NCBI RefSeq assembly: GCF_004010195.1
Contig: NC_057720.1
Location: forward strand, 9,436,466 to 9,492,078
DNA length: 55,613 nt
Source: Chiloscyllium plagiosum
Lineage: Eukaryota
Direction of reading: 5' to 3'
Shown: positions 12,705 through 24,907 of the stretch, piece after piece
How positions within the stretch are numbered: the stretch's first letter is position 1
How the letters are laid out: each line of letters starts with the position of its first letter
The notes under the pieces: model-generated
Told to the model about the DNA's origin: nothing
Databases searched by the model: none
Seen by the model: the letters and a program-made list of their open reading frames with translations, nothing else
Position numbers and translations under genes: made by a program

Positions 12705-12938
12705 GAAGGCAGGAGGCTGGAAGAACACAGCAAGCCAGGCAGTATCAGGAGGTGGAGAGCTCGAGATTTCAGGTGTAATCCTTCAAGACTGTGGACGAGT
12801 CTACCCCCAGTCCTGAAGAAGGGTTACACCTGAAACATTGACGACTCCACCTCCTGATACTGCCTTATTTGCTCTGTTCTTACAGCCTCCTACTTGTCTA
12901 CCTTGGATTCCAGCATCTGCAGGTTTTTTTTTGTCTCT
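12705..12938. mobile_element. Fold-back PLE-derived element (family D) with degenerate hammerhead core at about 12809-12842
   Basis: Inverted arms 'aggaggctggaagaacacagcaag...' / '...ttgctctgttcttacagcctcct'. Core 'agtcCTGAAGAagggttacacctGAAAcattgac'. Confidence 0.7.
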
Positions 12939-14371
12939 TGCTCACTCAACTTAGCACCGACCTGCATGCTCACAGAATCCATACCATGCTCACAGAATCC
13001 ATACCATGCTGTGTCAAGCCCGATAGCATGAGGTCAGTCTAACCATTGTATGGTTTCCTATCTTCTGGCTCCCTCTTTTCTTGCACCAGGCTGTTAAATT
13101 AGCCATTTCCCAGACCTCTGGGACCCTTCCTGAGTCCAATGATTCCTGAAAGATCGCCACTAATGCATCTACAATTTCCTCAACTGTCTCATTCAGAACT
13201 CTGGGATGTGGTCCACCTGTTCTGAGTGATTTATTCAGTTTCAGACTCTTCGCCCTCCGCTACACCTTCTCCTTAGTGATGGCCACTCCACTCACCTCTG
13301 CCTCCAACTCTCCTCAAGTTCGGGGATGCTGTGAAGACTGATGCAAAGTACCTCTTCAGTATCTCTGTCATTACTTTGTTCCCCATTGCTACTTCTCCTT
13401 CCTCATTTTCCAGCAGTCCAATGGCTGCTCTTACCTCTCTCTTTCAGATGCCAAAAAAACCTCCTGCAACCTACTTTTAAATTACTAGTTACATCACCCT
13501 CTCCTCAACTTTTTGAGTGACCCTCTGCTGATTTTTAAAGGCTTCCCACATCGTATGCTTTTGGTTTTGTCCCCGACTTCCTTTTTTAGATTAGATTCCC
13601 TACAATGTGGAAGCAGGCACTTCAGCCCAACCAGTCCACACCGACCCTCCGAAGAGTAACCCACACAGAACCATTTCCCTCTGACAAATGCACCTAACAC
13701 TACGGGCAACTTAGCATGACCAATCCACCTGACCTGCACATCTTTGGACTGTGGGAGGAAACCCACGCAGACATGGGGATAATGTGCAAACTCCACATAG
13801 ACAGTCACCCAAGGCTGGGATCGAACCTGGGACCCTGGTGCTATGAGGCTGCAGTGTTAAGCACTGAGCCACTGAGCCACCGTGCCGCCCCATGGTTGCC
13901 TTGTCCTCCCCTTAGTGTGTTTTTACTTCCTTGGGATGAGTTTCTGCTGTGGCTCCCAGATGACCTTCAGAAGCTCATGACATTGCTGCTCCACCATTTC
14001 TCCTGCCAGATTTCCATTCCAATCAACTCTGGCCAGCCCCTTCCTAGGTCTGTGTTGTTATCTTTATCAACTGTAAGGCTATTCCATCTGATTCCAGCTT
14101 CTCGCTCTCAAACTGCAGGGGGCGTTTGATCATATTATGGTCACTGCCCGTTAAGGACTCCTTCACCTTAAGCTCCCTCATCAAGTCTGACTCATTACAT
14201 ATCACCTGCTCCCTAGTGGGCTCTACCACAAGCTCCTCCAGAAAAATAATTATCTCGTAGACATTCCACAATTTCCTTTCCTTGGTATCAGCTACCAATC
14301 TGATTTTCCCAGTCTACCTGTAAGTCGAAGCCCCCATGATTGTAATAGTGGTTTTCTTATATGCGTTTTTG

Positions 14372-14659
14372 TGCCTAGAGGCATGGCACTCATCCACAGA
14401 TTCAATCAATAAGCACAACGACCTGGATCCAATATACCGACCACTGCAGCGGACAGCTGGAACTGACAACCGGAAGCGGCAGATTCAAACCACTGTAAAT
14501 GCCGGAGGAAACATCACAGAAGCGCTTCACAGGCGGCTCCCAAGCACTGAAGATGTCACCCAGACAGGGGACAAAACGTCTGCAACACAAATTCCCAGCT
14601 CGGTGAACAGAACCACAACAATGAGCACCCGAGCTACAAATCTTTTCACAAACTTGGAA
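14372..14659 (+). mobile_element. Penelope/Poseidon-like PLE 3' end with pseudo-LTR
   Basis: 'LEAWHSSTDSINKHNDLDPIYRPL' GIY-YIG C-terminus. Hammerhead-like core at 14544-14583. Confidence 0.8.
14544..14583 (+). ncRNA. Minimal hammerhead motif (family F), G12 mutated to A
   Basis: gca-CUGAAGA-u-GUCACC/cagaca/GGGGAC-AAAA-CGUC-ugc. Stem I is gca/ugc. Confidence 0.6.
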
Positions 14660-15409
14660 CATGCCTTTTCTGTCTCCTGATTTATTTTCTTACCCACATC
14701 TTGATTACTGCTAGGATCCCGGTACATAGCTCCCATCAGGGACTTCTTTCCTTTGCAGTTCCTCGACCCTACCAACACTGATCCTGTACCTTCTGATTCG
14801 ATATCAATTTCTGCTGTTGATTTGAGCTCATTTTTTCCTAACAAGGTAACCTCGCCCCCTCTGCCCATCTGCGTATCCTTTCAATATTCTTGGATATTTA
14901 ACTCCCAGCCCTGGTCCCCTTGCAACCCTGTCTGTTTGTGACAAACAACATCGTACTGCCAATTTCAATCTGTGCCACAAGCTCACCTACCTTGATTTGT
15001 AAGCTGCATGCATTTAAATATAACACCCTCAGTCCTGCATTGACTGTCCCCTTTTTCACCCCTGTCAGCTTAACTGCTGTGCCTGAAGTTAGATTTCTGA
15101 CCCTCTCTATTTTCTCTGACCTATTACTTGTTCTGGAAATTGTAATAACTCTGCAGGGCCCTCCCCCCCCCCTTTAAAGTTTTCCATAATTTACCTTGCA
15201 ATTGGATCCACAGCGCTCCCCTCTCCCAACTATTTAATATAAAGCTCTATCCACCGCCCTAGTTGTGTGATTCACCAGGACTCTCATCCCAGCAGGATTC
15301 AAGTGGATTAATTCCCATCTTTCCCCAGCACTGGTTCCAATGTTCTATGAACTCAAACCTGTTTCTCCCACACTGATCTTTGAGCCACACGTTTATTTCT
15401 TTAATCTGG

Positions 15410-16100
15410 GCTGAGGGGTGGAAAATGGAGTTTAATGCAGAAAAAGTGAGAGGTGATTCACTTTGGAAGGAGCAACAGGAATGCAGAGTATTGGGCTAAT
15501 GGTAAGATTCTTGGTAGTGTAGATGAACAGAGGGATCTCAGTATCCGTGTGCATAGATCCCTGAAAGTTGCCACCCAGGTTGATAGGGTTGTTAAGAAGA
15601 CATGCAGTGTGTTCGCTTTTATTGGTAGAGGGATTGAGTTTCAGAGCCACGAGGTTATGCTGCAGCTGTACAAAAGTCTGGTGCGGCCACACTTGGAGTA
15701 TTGTGTACAGTTCTGGTCACCGCATTATAAGAAGGATGTGGAAGCTTTGGAAAGGGTTCATAGGAGATTTACTAGGATGTTGCCTGGTATGGGGGTAAGG
15801 TCTTATGAGGAAAGGCTGAGGGCCTTGAGGCTGTTTTCATTCGAGAGAAGAAGGTTGAGAGGTGACCTAATTGAGACACATAAGATAAACAGAGGGTTAG
15901 ATATTTTGGACAGTGAGAGCCTTTTTCCTCAGATGATGATGGCTAGCATGAGGGGACATAGCTTTAAATTGAGGGGTGATGTTGGATATGTTGGATAAAC
16001 ATATGGATGAAAATGGAATAGTGTAGGTTAGATGGACCTCAGAATGGTGCAACATCGAGGGCCGAAGGCCTGTACTGTGCTGTGATGTTCTATGTTCTAA
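15410..16100 (+). mobile_element. CR1 ORF2 C-terminal fragment
   Basis: ORF 15453..15998 'LQLYKSLVRPHLEYCVQFWSP...FSFERRRLRGDLIE'. Confidence 0.9.
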
Positions 16101-18369
16101 TCATGTTGATCCTGTGTTAATTTGTTGGTGGTTTAGATCATAATCTGGAGATTATTCTCTTTCTGACTCAGTTTTCTCGTTTAGCCCCAAGCTGCTCACA
16201 TTTGCCCAGTAGAAGATCTTCGCTCTTTCCGTTGTATCACTGGTACCTATCATGGGCCATGACAATAAGATTTTTCCCCTCCCATTCCAAGTTCCTCTGC
16301 AGCCTGGAGGAGAGATCTTGAAGCCTGGCACCAGGCAGGCAACACAGCTCTTGGGACTCTTGATCCTGGCCACAGGGAAGAGTGCTTGGGCGCCAAACTA
16401 TGTTCACTTGGAGGAACATTAAATAGCTATTGGTCATTATGCCAGTGATTGGATTGTATCGTAGGACTGAACTGAAGTCTGTTGGTGGCTGTCTATAAAA
16501 GCTTATTTATGGAATTTGCCTGTTTCTGATGGTCCCCGATGGGATAATGGCAAGGTTCAACTGACCATTGGAGACAGAGCAGCATTGACTTAGACGGGAT
16601 GTGGCTAAGGACAGGTAACGTTTTGGACTTCCTAATTAAATGGCAACCAAAGTGAGAGAACAGAGTATCAGCCATTCAGGCTATACGTGGTGGTCAGTGT
16701 GGTTTTGTGGTTGTTGTGCAATGGTTGATGGTGAAGGGTAATGTCAGATTGCAAGCACTTGCCTGGTAAGCCAGTCTTTCTGGACGGGTATCCACTGAGT
16801 GGCGAGTTGTTCTGGGAGTGGCTAGTGGTAAGACATGGGTTGAATTTTTTCTGACTGGCACCTCACATGGTGCAGTGAGTATTTAATGAAGTATCTTTGG
16901 TGAGATCTAGTAAGCTGGGCCTCATGCAAGAATCCCTCCAGAAAATGCGATGCAACTCGATATTCACCAAGGAAAGCACAAGATCAGCCCATGCAGTTTA
17001 ATTGACTGGTTTTCTAACACTGTTTACTTACTGGTTCTCAATGAAGTCTAATCAAAATCATGCTCTCCAATTCGTTTCAAGCACAGACCTTGATTATAAT
17101 TATATTTTCATAAGCAGCGAGCTGTTATTGCTGAATTGTTCTGTCATAATTGAATCTTTGGTAGCTTTTATTAGTAATTTGACCATTTAAACTTAACTAA
17201 AAATTATTCACGTACCCAAAGCTTATCTACTGTAGACGATGGCTGCAAGAGTTATAAACAAATGTTAGTGTGTGATGTTTGTTGTCTGACCTTTTCTTTG
17301 GTGATTGGTCAGTAAAGGTTAATTCATTTACTTGTGCAGGAACTACTGTAATCAGAATTGTTTCTCGCGACACAATTCTCGAAGCCAAATTTAGGCATCA
17401 TTCAATTCTGGACAAAAGCTAGATGAGCCCTTGATAAGGAGTCGTGTTTGAATCATAAAGGATTCTTCTGGTTCCTGTAATGACTCAGATTGGAGAGTTG
17501 CATTGTTTCTTTGCTTAGTCCCATTCCTCCACAGATTATAACAAATTTCAAACTTAACTAATTTGGTGATGTGTGCGGTTAGAGAGGTCTTTCAGGTTTA
17601 GTATGAAAAATAAATTTGGGTATCCCCTGCTATTTGAAAGCTTGCTTTACCCCACTTCATTTTTATGAAAGACCTACACTAATACTTGTTTTCACAAACT
17701 GAAAGAAATCCGAAGAATATTTTCACTTTTTCAACAGAAGGAAAAATTGTAATTGCTTCTTCGCTTTACGCCATTTCGGCTAACAAAGGGTCTCATCGGA
17801 ATACTCTGCTTTCAGATAGCGGGGGAAACATGTAGCCATTTTAATTTGTGGCAAATACTAAATAACTGGTTTATACCCCCAAAAAAATTATTTAAAGATA
17901 CAAGAATTCTTCATAAGTGGTAAAGATGAGTTTTTCAGCTCCGATGTTTTGTGAAGAAGAGTTGGAGAAACAAAGGGAGACAGAGCAGTGATCTTTTGCG
18001 TCTTGGAGAGGTCTCTCTCGAAGAATTCAAGATGTTCAAAAAATGTAAAACTAATCTTATTGCAACTGCAACTTGGGCCAGACAACTTCTCTCTCTCTGA
18101 AAATCCTTCAGACCCTATCCGAGCTCTCGGATTCTCATATTCTTTTACAAAATAATATTTAGGTCACATCTCTTCATACCATTCCCTGGATTAATATTTT
18201 TGTGTTAGTCTCCTTTGTTCTTACAAAAAGAAACCTTTTCTTCAATCCTAACTTGTATTATTAGAAAATAGAGTAAGAATTACAGAATCACAGACTTGTT
18301 ATGGTGCAGAAGGAGGCCATTCAGCCCATTGACACTAGGTGATAGAACCAAGGCAAGAATAACCTCCTA

Positions 18370-18561
18370 GGAGTAAGTGAGGACTGCAGATGCTGGAGAT
18401 CAGAGCTGAAAATGTGTTGCTGGAAAAGCGCAGCAGGTCAGGCAGCATCCAAGGAGCAGGAGAATCGATGTTTCTGGAAAGGCTCCTTCCTGAAACGTCG
18501 ATTCTCCTGCTCCTTGGATGCTGCCTGATCTGCTGCGCTTTTCCAGCAACACATTTTCAGC
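18370..18561. mobile_element. Fold-back PLE-derived element (family A)
   Basis: Inverted arms 'gctgaaaatgtgttgctggaaaagcgcagcag' / 'ctgctgcgcttttccagcaacacattttcagc'. Flanking duplication 'caagaataacctcct' on both sides. Confidence 0.85.
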
Positions 18562-19589
18562 CAAGAATAACCTCCTGTCTTTTCCCCGTGTCGCTGCACA
18601 TCATTTCTATCCAAATAATGATCCAAATGGCTGCCTCAATTGAACCTGCCTCCACCATATTTCAAGGCAGTGCATTCTGAACCCAAACTCCTACCTGTCT
18701 GAATTTTGTTTCACAATGTCCTTGCTTTGTTTCCACATTACTTTAGAATAATAAGGGAGCATAACCTCAAAATTAGAGCTTACTTTCTCAGGGGTGATAT
18801 CAGGAAGTAATGTTGTGCACATCAGAGTAGTGGAAATCCAGAATGTTCACACAGAAGATTATTTAAAGCTAAGAGTCAATTAAGAATTTTCAAACTGTTG
18901 ATATACTCCCTCTAGGTAAAGATAGGAAAGAATATTTAGATCGAAGGCAGGAGTTAAGATGTCTCGAGGGACAGGGACGGAATGGGTCTCAATGTTCCTG
19001 TCTCCAGCTCCCAGCCCCACCACCGGCTCTGCTCCTGAGCTGAACACACTGATCCTTCCTGCAGCCTGAGAAAAAGCTCCTGTTCCCCACCCAAGCTTAG
19101 CGAGCCTCTGAGAGCCCCCCATGTAGCAACTCCTTTTCCCAGTCACTGAGTCTGGAAGCCACCATCCTTCTCCTCTCGCCCACCCTCGCCATCCTGGTCT
19201 TAGTTGGAACCATGTTCTACTTGAAAGAAAGAGGGTATGCCTTGAATAAAACAAAGAATTGTGGGTGCTGAAGATCTGAATGAAAACACAGAGATTGCTC
19301 TTGGAACTCAGCAGGTTGGAGAGGGGAGCAAAGTGGAGTTTTGAGTCCAGTGACTGTTCTTCAGATAAGTCTTGTGTTTGCAGAACACCTTTCACAACCT
19401 CTGAGTATCCCAAAATGATTTGTGGCTAATTAAGGGTTTTTTTTAGGATGGAGCAGGTTTGCGGGGCTGAATGGCCTCCTCATGCTCCTATGATTGGCCA
19501 GTCTTTACCAATTAATCAGCTTTAGCAAAATTTAAACATCAGTGACAAGGCTTCAGCAGCCGGGATAGATGACTGTGTCAGAAGGTTAA

Positions 19590-19900
19590 AGGTAGCACTG
19601 TGACTCAGTGGTTAACACTGCTGCCTCACATCACCAGGGATCCCAGTTCCACCCTCGGGACTGTCTGTGTGGAGTTTGCACATTCTCCCCATGTCTGCAT
19701 GGGTTTCCTGTGGGTGCTCCTGTTTCCTCCCACAGTCTAAAGATGTACAGGTTAGGTGGATTAGCCACGCTTCAGTCTCCAGGGATGTGCAGGTTAGGTG
19801 GATTGGCCATGGGAAATGCGGGATTCCGAGGATGGGGATGTGGATTTGAGATGGATGCTCTTCGGAGGGTTGGGTCTGAGTCAATGGGCCAAATGGCCAA
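19590..19900 (+). mobile_element. HE1-like SINE
   Basis: tRNA-like head and central domain. Confidence 0.85.
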
Positions 19901-20086
19901 ATACCTCTGTACTGGAGGGCTTCTGTGGTAATATTTCCAAGATGGCAGTGGAATAAGATTCCTGAGCTGGAGTACGTATGCTCCATTTATTTCTTTTCTT
20001 TTTTCTCTCTCTCTCGTTTCATGCTTGTTTTTCTTTTTCTTTTTGTCTTCCATCCTTGGGCAGCATCAGTGATGTCTAGGATAAAA

Positions 20087-20292
20087 GTCAGCACTGTCTC
20101 CCGCCCTCAGCGTGGTCATCCAGCCTCAGCATGGTCTCCCAGCGTCAGTGCGGTCTCCCGGCATTAGCACAGTTTCCCGGCCTGAGTATGGACTCACGGC
20201 CTCAGCGCAGTCTCCCAGAGTCAGTGCAGTCTCCCGCCCTCAGCACAGTCTCCCGGCCTCAGTATGGACTCACGGCCTCAGCATGATCTCCT
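20087..20292. repeat. Degenerate ~21-bp minisatellite (cagcacagtctcccggcctca-like)
   Basis: About ten imperfect tandem units visible. Confidence 0.8.
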
Positions 20293-20367
20293 GGATAAGA
20301 GGTGATGCCCAGCGCAGTCGCAGTTAGGAGGACTGTTATTCTGAACAAGGAGACAGTAAGAATCGAA

Positions 20368-20725
20368 GTGAATTGAATTGAATTTATTGTCATAGTGAAA
20401 AGCTTTGTCTTGTGATACAGGCAGATCCCATTGTTAAGTAGCATGAATGATAAATAATAGGTAAATAGCAGCAAAAGCAAAAACACAGGTACAGGCGAAT
20501 GTTAAGAGTTTGTGAGTCCATTCAGTATTCTAACAACAATAGGGTAGAAACTGTTTCAAAACCGGCTGGTGCATGTGTTCAGGTTTCTGTACCTTCTCCC
20601 TGATGGTCGAGGTTGTAGAAAAACATTGTCAGGGTGGGGTGGATCTTTGAGAATGCTGGCGGCCTTTCCTTGACAGCGGGCCTGGTAGATGGATCCTACA
20701 GATGGGAGGTTGGATTTTGTGATTA
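20368..20725 (-). mobile_element. Rex1/Babar LINE 3' end
   Basis: 'LPSVGSIYQARCQGKAASILKDPPHP...PSGRRYRNL' is the Rex1-type C-terminus. Tail 'tgacaataaattcaattcaattc'. Confidence 0.85.
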
Positions 20726-21214
20726 ACTGCCGATTCTGGAAGTCAGAGTCCATAGGTGTGAAGCTGGAAGAGCACAGCAGGTCAGACAGCATCCGAGGAG
20801 CAGAGTTTCGCGATCAAACACTTCATCCTGACTTTGATTTTCCTGCTCCTCGGATGCTGTCTGACCTGCTGTGCTTTTCCAACTTCACATCTGTTGACAT
20901 TGTTATTCTGAACTTTAATTTCTCTCTTTTTCTAATTTATTGCTTGACTTTTTAATTTCTTGACTTTCCTCAATGTTTTTCCCTAAGAATTTGTACTTAA
21001 GAATCTGGGTCTATGTATCGTGCTGTAAGCACTGACTTGTAAGCTTTTCACTGGACTCATGTAAATACATGTGACAATAAAACTAATTCAATTCAAGATA
21101 CAAACATAAATCAGTTAATTAGTAAACTTCTTGATTCTACCTTTTCATTGAAGAAAATTATTGTTGATGTCAAACAACAATTTTATTTTCCTGCCCAAAA
21201 CTCATCGCCCTTGA

Positions 21215-21493
21215 TTCAATACCCTACAATATGGAAACAATCCCTTCGGCCCAATAAGTCCATACCTACCCTCTGAAGAGCAACCCACCCTAACCCTGAC
21301 TAATATACCTAACACTATAGACAATTTAGCATGGCCAATCCACCTAACTTGCACATCTTTGGACTGTGGGAAGAAACCAGAGCACCCAGACACAGGGAGA
21401 ATATACAAACTCCACACAGACAGTCACCTGAGACAGGACTTGAACTTGGGTCCCCACTGTTCTGAGGTAATAATGCTAACCACTGAGCCACCA
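21215..21493 (-). mobile_element. HE1-like SINE
   Basis: Head, core and tail on minus strand. Confidence 0.85.
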
Positions 21494-21600
21494 CTTGAAT
21501 GATCTATCACTCTGTGTCTGAAATGTTTTCAATGACTGAATATCCGCTATCAACGGGAACCAAGATCCAAGCATGTTTCCCAGAAAACATCGACACTGAC

Positions 21601-21671
21601 ACAAAAAAAGTCACATAGTTTGTCCTCAAGATGTGGCGCATGGGAGAGATTGTCACAATATGGTACGTGCA
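21601..21671 (-). CDS. Candidate exon (71 nt, phase 1-0; VHVPYCDNLSHAPHLEDKLCDFFC)
   Basis: Strong acceptor 'ttttttttttgttcacag', donor 'gtcagt'. Confidence 0.45.
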
Positions 21672-22305
21672 CTGTGAACAAAAAAAAAATCACTTGCCTT
21701 GGCAATAATTTAATGAAAAAATGTCTTTGGGTGTCAAGCAAGTCCCTGTTTTTGATATAACAGATGGTACCAGTCATTGAATTATGCATTCATACCCTCC
21801 TTGCTGACTGCCAGCATTTATCTTTTGGGCTAATTTGAATGAAATATCAGCAGTGAATTGAGGATTTAGTGCAGGCCTTTTTGTCATTAGCGTCAGATAA
21901 ACTTTAGTAAGTAACTGTGCTGAATCATGAGAATTCCCAAAGTGTGGAGGCAGGCCATTTGGCCCCTTGAACCAACACCAAACCTCTGAAGAGCGTCCCA
22001 CCTTGTAACCCTGCAATTCCCATGGCTAATCCACCTAGCCTGCACATCCCTGAACACTATGGGGCAATTTAGCATGGCCAATCTACCCCAACCTGCATGT
22101 CTTTGGACTGTAGGAGCAAGCTCACACAGACAGGAGGAGAATGTGCAAACTCTATCCAGACAATCAGATAATCAGAGGGTTAGCCTTTTTCATCAGATGG
22201 TGATGGCTAGTATGAGGGGATGATTTGGAGATGCTGATGCTGGTCTGGGGTGTATAAAGTTAAAAATCGCACAACACCAGGTTATAATCCAACTTTAACT
22301 GGAAG

Positions 22306-22340
22306 CACTAGCTTTCGGAGCGCCGCTCCTTCATCAGGTG
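22306..22340 (-). ncRNA. Minimal hammerhead motif (family B), opposite arm
   Basis: Reverse complement reads cac-CUGAUGA-a-GGAGC/ggc/GCUCC-GAAA-GCUA-gug. Confidence 0.75.
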
Positions 22341-22394
22341 GTTGTGGAGGGTACAATTGTAAATTCTGTGTCTTACAATTGTGTACTCCATAAC

Positions 22395-22429
22395 CACCTG
22401 ATGAAGGAGCAGTGCTCCGAAAGCTAGTG
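22395..22429 (+). ncRNA. Minimal hammerhead motif (family B), intact core
   Basis: cac-CUGAUGA-a-GGAGC/agu/GCUCC-GAAA-GCUA-gug. Palindrome AGCU, stem I cac/gug. Confidence 0.75.
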
Positions 22430-23178
22430 CTTCCAGTTAAACCTGTTGAACTATAATGTGGTGTTGTGATTTTTAAGTATATGGGGAGATAGCTTTAAAT
22501 TGAGGGATGAAGTTGGCTACTGCAGATGCTGGAGATTGGAGTCAAGGTAAGAGTGGTGCTGGAAAAGCACAGCAGTGCAGGCTGGATACGAGGAGCAGGA
22601 AAATCGATGATTCGGGTAAAAGCCCTTCAGCAGGAATCCTGATGAAGGATTCTGATGCCGTTCCTGATGAAGGGTTTTAGCCCGAAACATCGACTCTCCT
22701 ATTCCTCAGATGCTGACTCTCCTATTCCTCAGATGCTGCCTGACCTGCTGTGCTTTTCCAGCACCACTCTAAGGGTGACAAATATAGGACAGGTGTCTGA
22801 GGTAGTTTCTTTACTCAGAGTAGTAGGGGTAGGAACACACTGCCTGCAACAGTAGTAGACTCACCAACTTTAAGGTCACTTAAATGGTCATTGGATAGAC
22901 ATATGGACGAGAATGGAATAGTGTAGGTTAGATGGGCTTCAGATTGGTTTCACAGGTAGGAGCAACATCGAGGGCTGAGGGGCCTATACTGCACTGTAAT
23001 GTTCTATATACAGTCACCTGAGGGTGGAATCAAACCCAGGGTCCCTGGCACTGTGAGGCAGCAGTGCTAAGCCCTATTGTTTTGAGTGTTTGTACTTCCC
23101 GATGCTAACTGGTGTAAAGGAGAACACTATCCCATAGGTAGCTACATGGAGCACAATGCGATTCATTGAATCAGGTAC

Positions 23179-23239
23179 CAGGAGGTTTTGAGAAAGCCTT
23201 AGCATCACGCTGTGAGAGATCGATGAGGTTTAGAGGATC
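23179..23239 (-). CDS. Candidate exon (61 nt, phase 0-1; DPLNLIDLSQRDAKAFSKPP)
   Basis: Acceptor 'tcctctcctactcatagcag', donor 'CTG|gtacct'. Only one open frame. Confidence 0.45.
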
Positions 23240-24128
23240 CTGCTATGAGTAGGAGAGGATAATACCTTTAATGACCGCAACATGTCCGAAACAGCTTCAC
23301 ATCAACTGACGTGTTTTTCAAAGGGGAGTCACTACTGTAGTGAAGGAGGTGTGTCAACCAATGAATACACAGCAGGATCCCACAAACTGTTACTTGATAA
23401 CAACCTGGCTGTTTGCTTTATGTGATGTTGAATCTTTAAGACCACAGTTCCCATCAAAGAAACATAGACTCGTACAGTACAGAGGAGACCCTTCACCCCA
23501 TCATGTCTGTACCACCCAATGCATACCAACGCCAATACTCATCCCACTTTCCCATAGCCTTCAGCTTTATTCGCTTTTGTTGGATTTGGTCAATAGGAGC
23601 AAGATGGTTCAGCCATTCGGCCCATCAAGCCTTCTGTCTCATTCACCTGACTCTCCATCTCGATAGCATGTTCCCCCTCACTCCCCATAACTCTTGACAT
23701 CTTTAGCCTCTAAGAAATCTGTATATCTCTTTTTTAAGCACGTTCATCCTACTCCAAAGCCTTCTGGAGTAGAGAATTCCACAAGTTCGCAACCCTCTGA
23801 ATGAATAAATTTCTCCTCAATAGTCCAAAATTGGAGACTGAGTCATGTTCTGGAGTCTGTGTGACTGTGTTTCCCTGCCCGTTCGTCTGTCTGTCCAGAT
23901 GCCTCTTGAATGTTGCTATCATAACTGCTTCAATCACCTTCCCTTGGCAGCACATTCCAGGCACCTACCACCCTCTGTGTACACCTCCTTTAAACATGTC
24001 CCCTCTCATCTTAAACCTATGCCCTGAGTATTTGACATTTCTATTCTGGGAAAGAGATTCCAACTATCCACCCTATGTCTGCCTCGCATCACTTTATATA
24101 CTTCTATCAGGTTACTCCTCAGCCTGAG

Positions 24129-24430
24129 GGTGGCACGTTGGCTCAGTGGTTAGCACTGCTGCCTCACAGCACCAGGGACCCAGGCTCGAGTCCACCCTCA
24201 GGTGACTGTCTGTGTGGAGTTTCCACATTCTGCATGTGTTTCCTTCGGGTGCACTGGTTTCTTCCAACAGTCCAAAGATGTGCAGGTTAGGTGGATTGGC
24301 CATGCTAAATTCTGCTGCAGTGTCCAGGGATGTGTGGGTTAGCCATGTGGGGTGCAGGGCTACAGGGATTGGGTGGGATGGTCAGTGTGGACTTGATGGG
24401 CTGAATGGCCTGCTTCCACACTGTAGGGAT
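24129..24430 (+). mobile_element. HE1-like SINE inserted in a minus-strand CR1 fragment (about 23880-24560)
   Basis: Flanking duplication 'tcagcct' on both sides. The CR1 sequence continues across the insertion. Confidence 0.8.
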
Positions 24431-24907
24431 TGTTTCAGCCTCTGACAGTCTAGTGAAAACAATCCAAGTTTCTTCAACATATGCTTACAACTAATATACT
24501 CCAAACCAGGCAACATCCTAGTAAACCCCTTTTGTACCCCCTCCAAGACCTCTACATCCTAGCCAGAAGATAATAACAGGAATGTTAGCAGGAGACCAAA
24601 ATAATTTATTATAATGGTGAGCAACAGGGTCATTCTAAAGGACAGAGTGTAGGTGCTCTGCAAAGTGGTGACCTAGTCTGTGCTTGGCTTCGCCAATGTA
24701 AAAGACACTGCATTGTGAGCAATGAATGCAGTGGACGTGATACAATATATCATTTGTCTTCCTAACAGCTTGCTTCAAAGAAGCCAGCATATCTCTTCCT
24801 ATTGGCCTCAGATGATTTGCCAGGCCAGGCCTTGGATGTAAGAATTCCTAGAGATGGGAATTTCAGTTGAAGCCACCCTTCATCACCGTTGACAGCTTTG
24901 ACCTTAC

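Larger units (their letters stand above)
13065..16375 (-). mobile_element. Long decayed CR1 (ORF1 esterase remnant to ORF2 endonuclease/RT), multiply interrupted
   Basis: ORF1-like 'CCLPGARLQDLSSRLQRNLEWEG' near 16260-16370. APE endonuclease motifs 'GAMYRDPSS', 'VVEPTRE', 'GSDHNMI'. Nested SINE (13585-13890), PLE (14372-14659) and CR1 (15410-16100). Confidence 0.8.
21930..23070. mobile_element. Nested cluster: HE1-like SINE (-) split by a CR1 3' fragment (+), itself split by two fold-back elements (about 22221-22476 and 22511-22770)
   Basis: The SINE resumes at 'cagtcacctgagggtggaat' (23011). CR1 pieces match 15890-16100 once the insertions are removed. Confidence 0.8.

Noticed and set aside
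16386..16400. Minus-strand 'tggcgcccaa' resembling a tRNA-Lys PBS
   Set aside because: Only 10 nt match, and there is no identifiable LTR or gag next to it.
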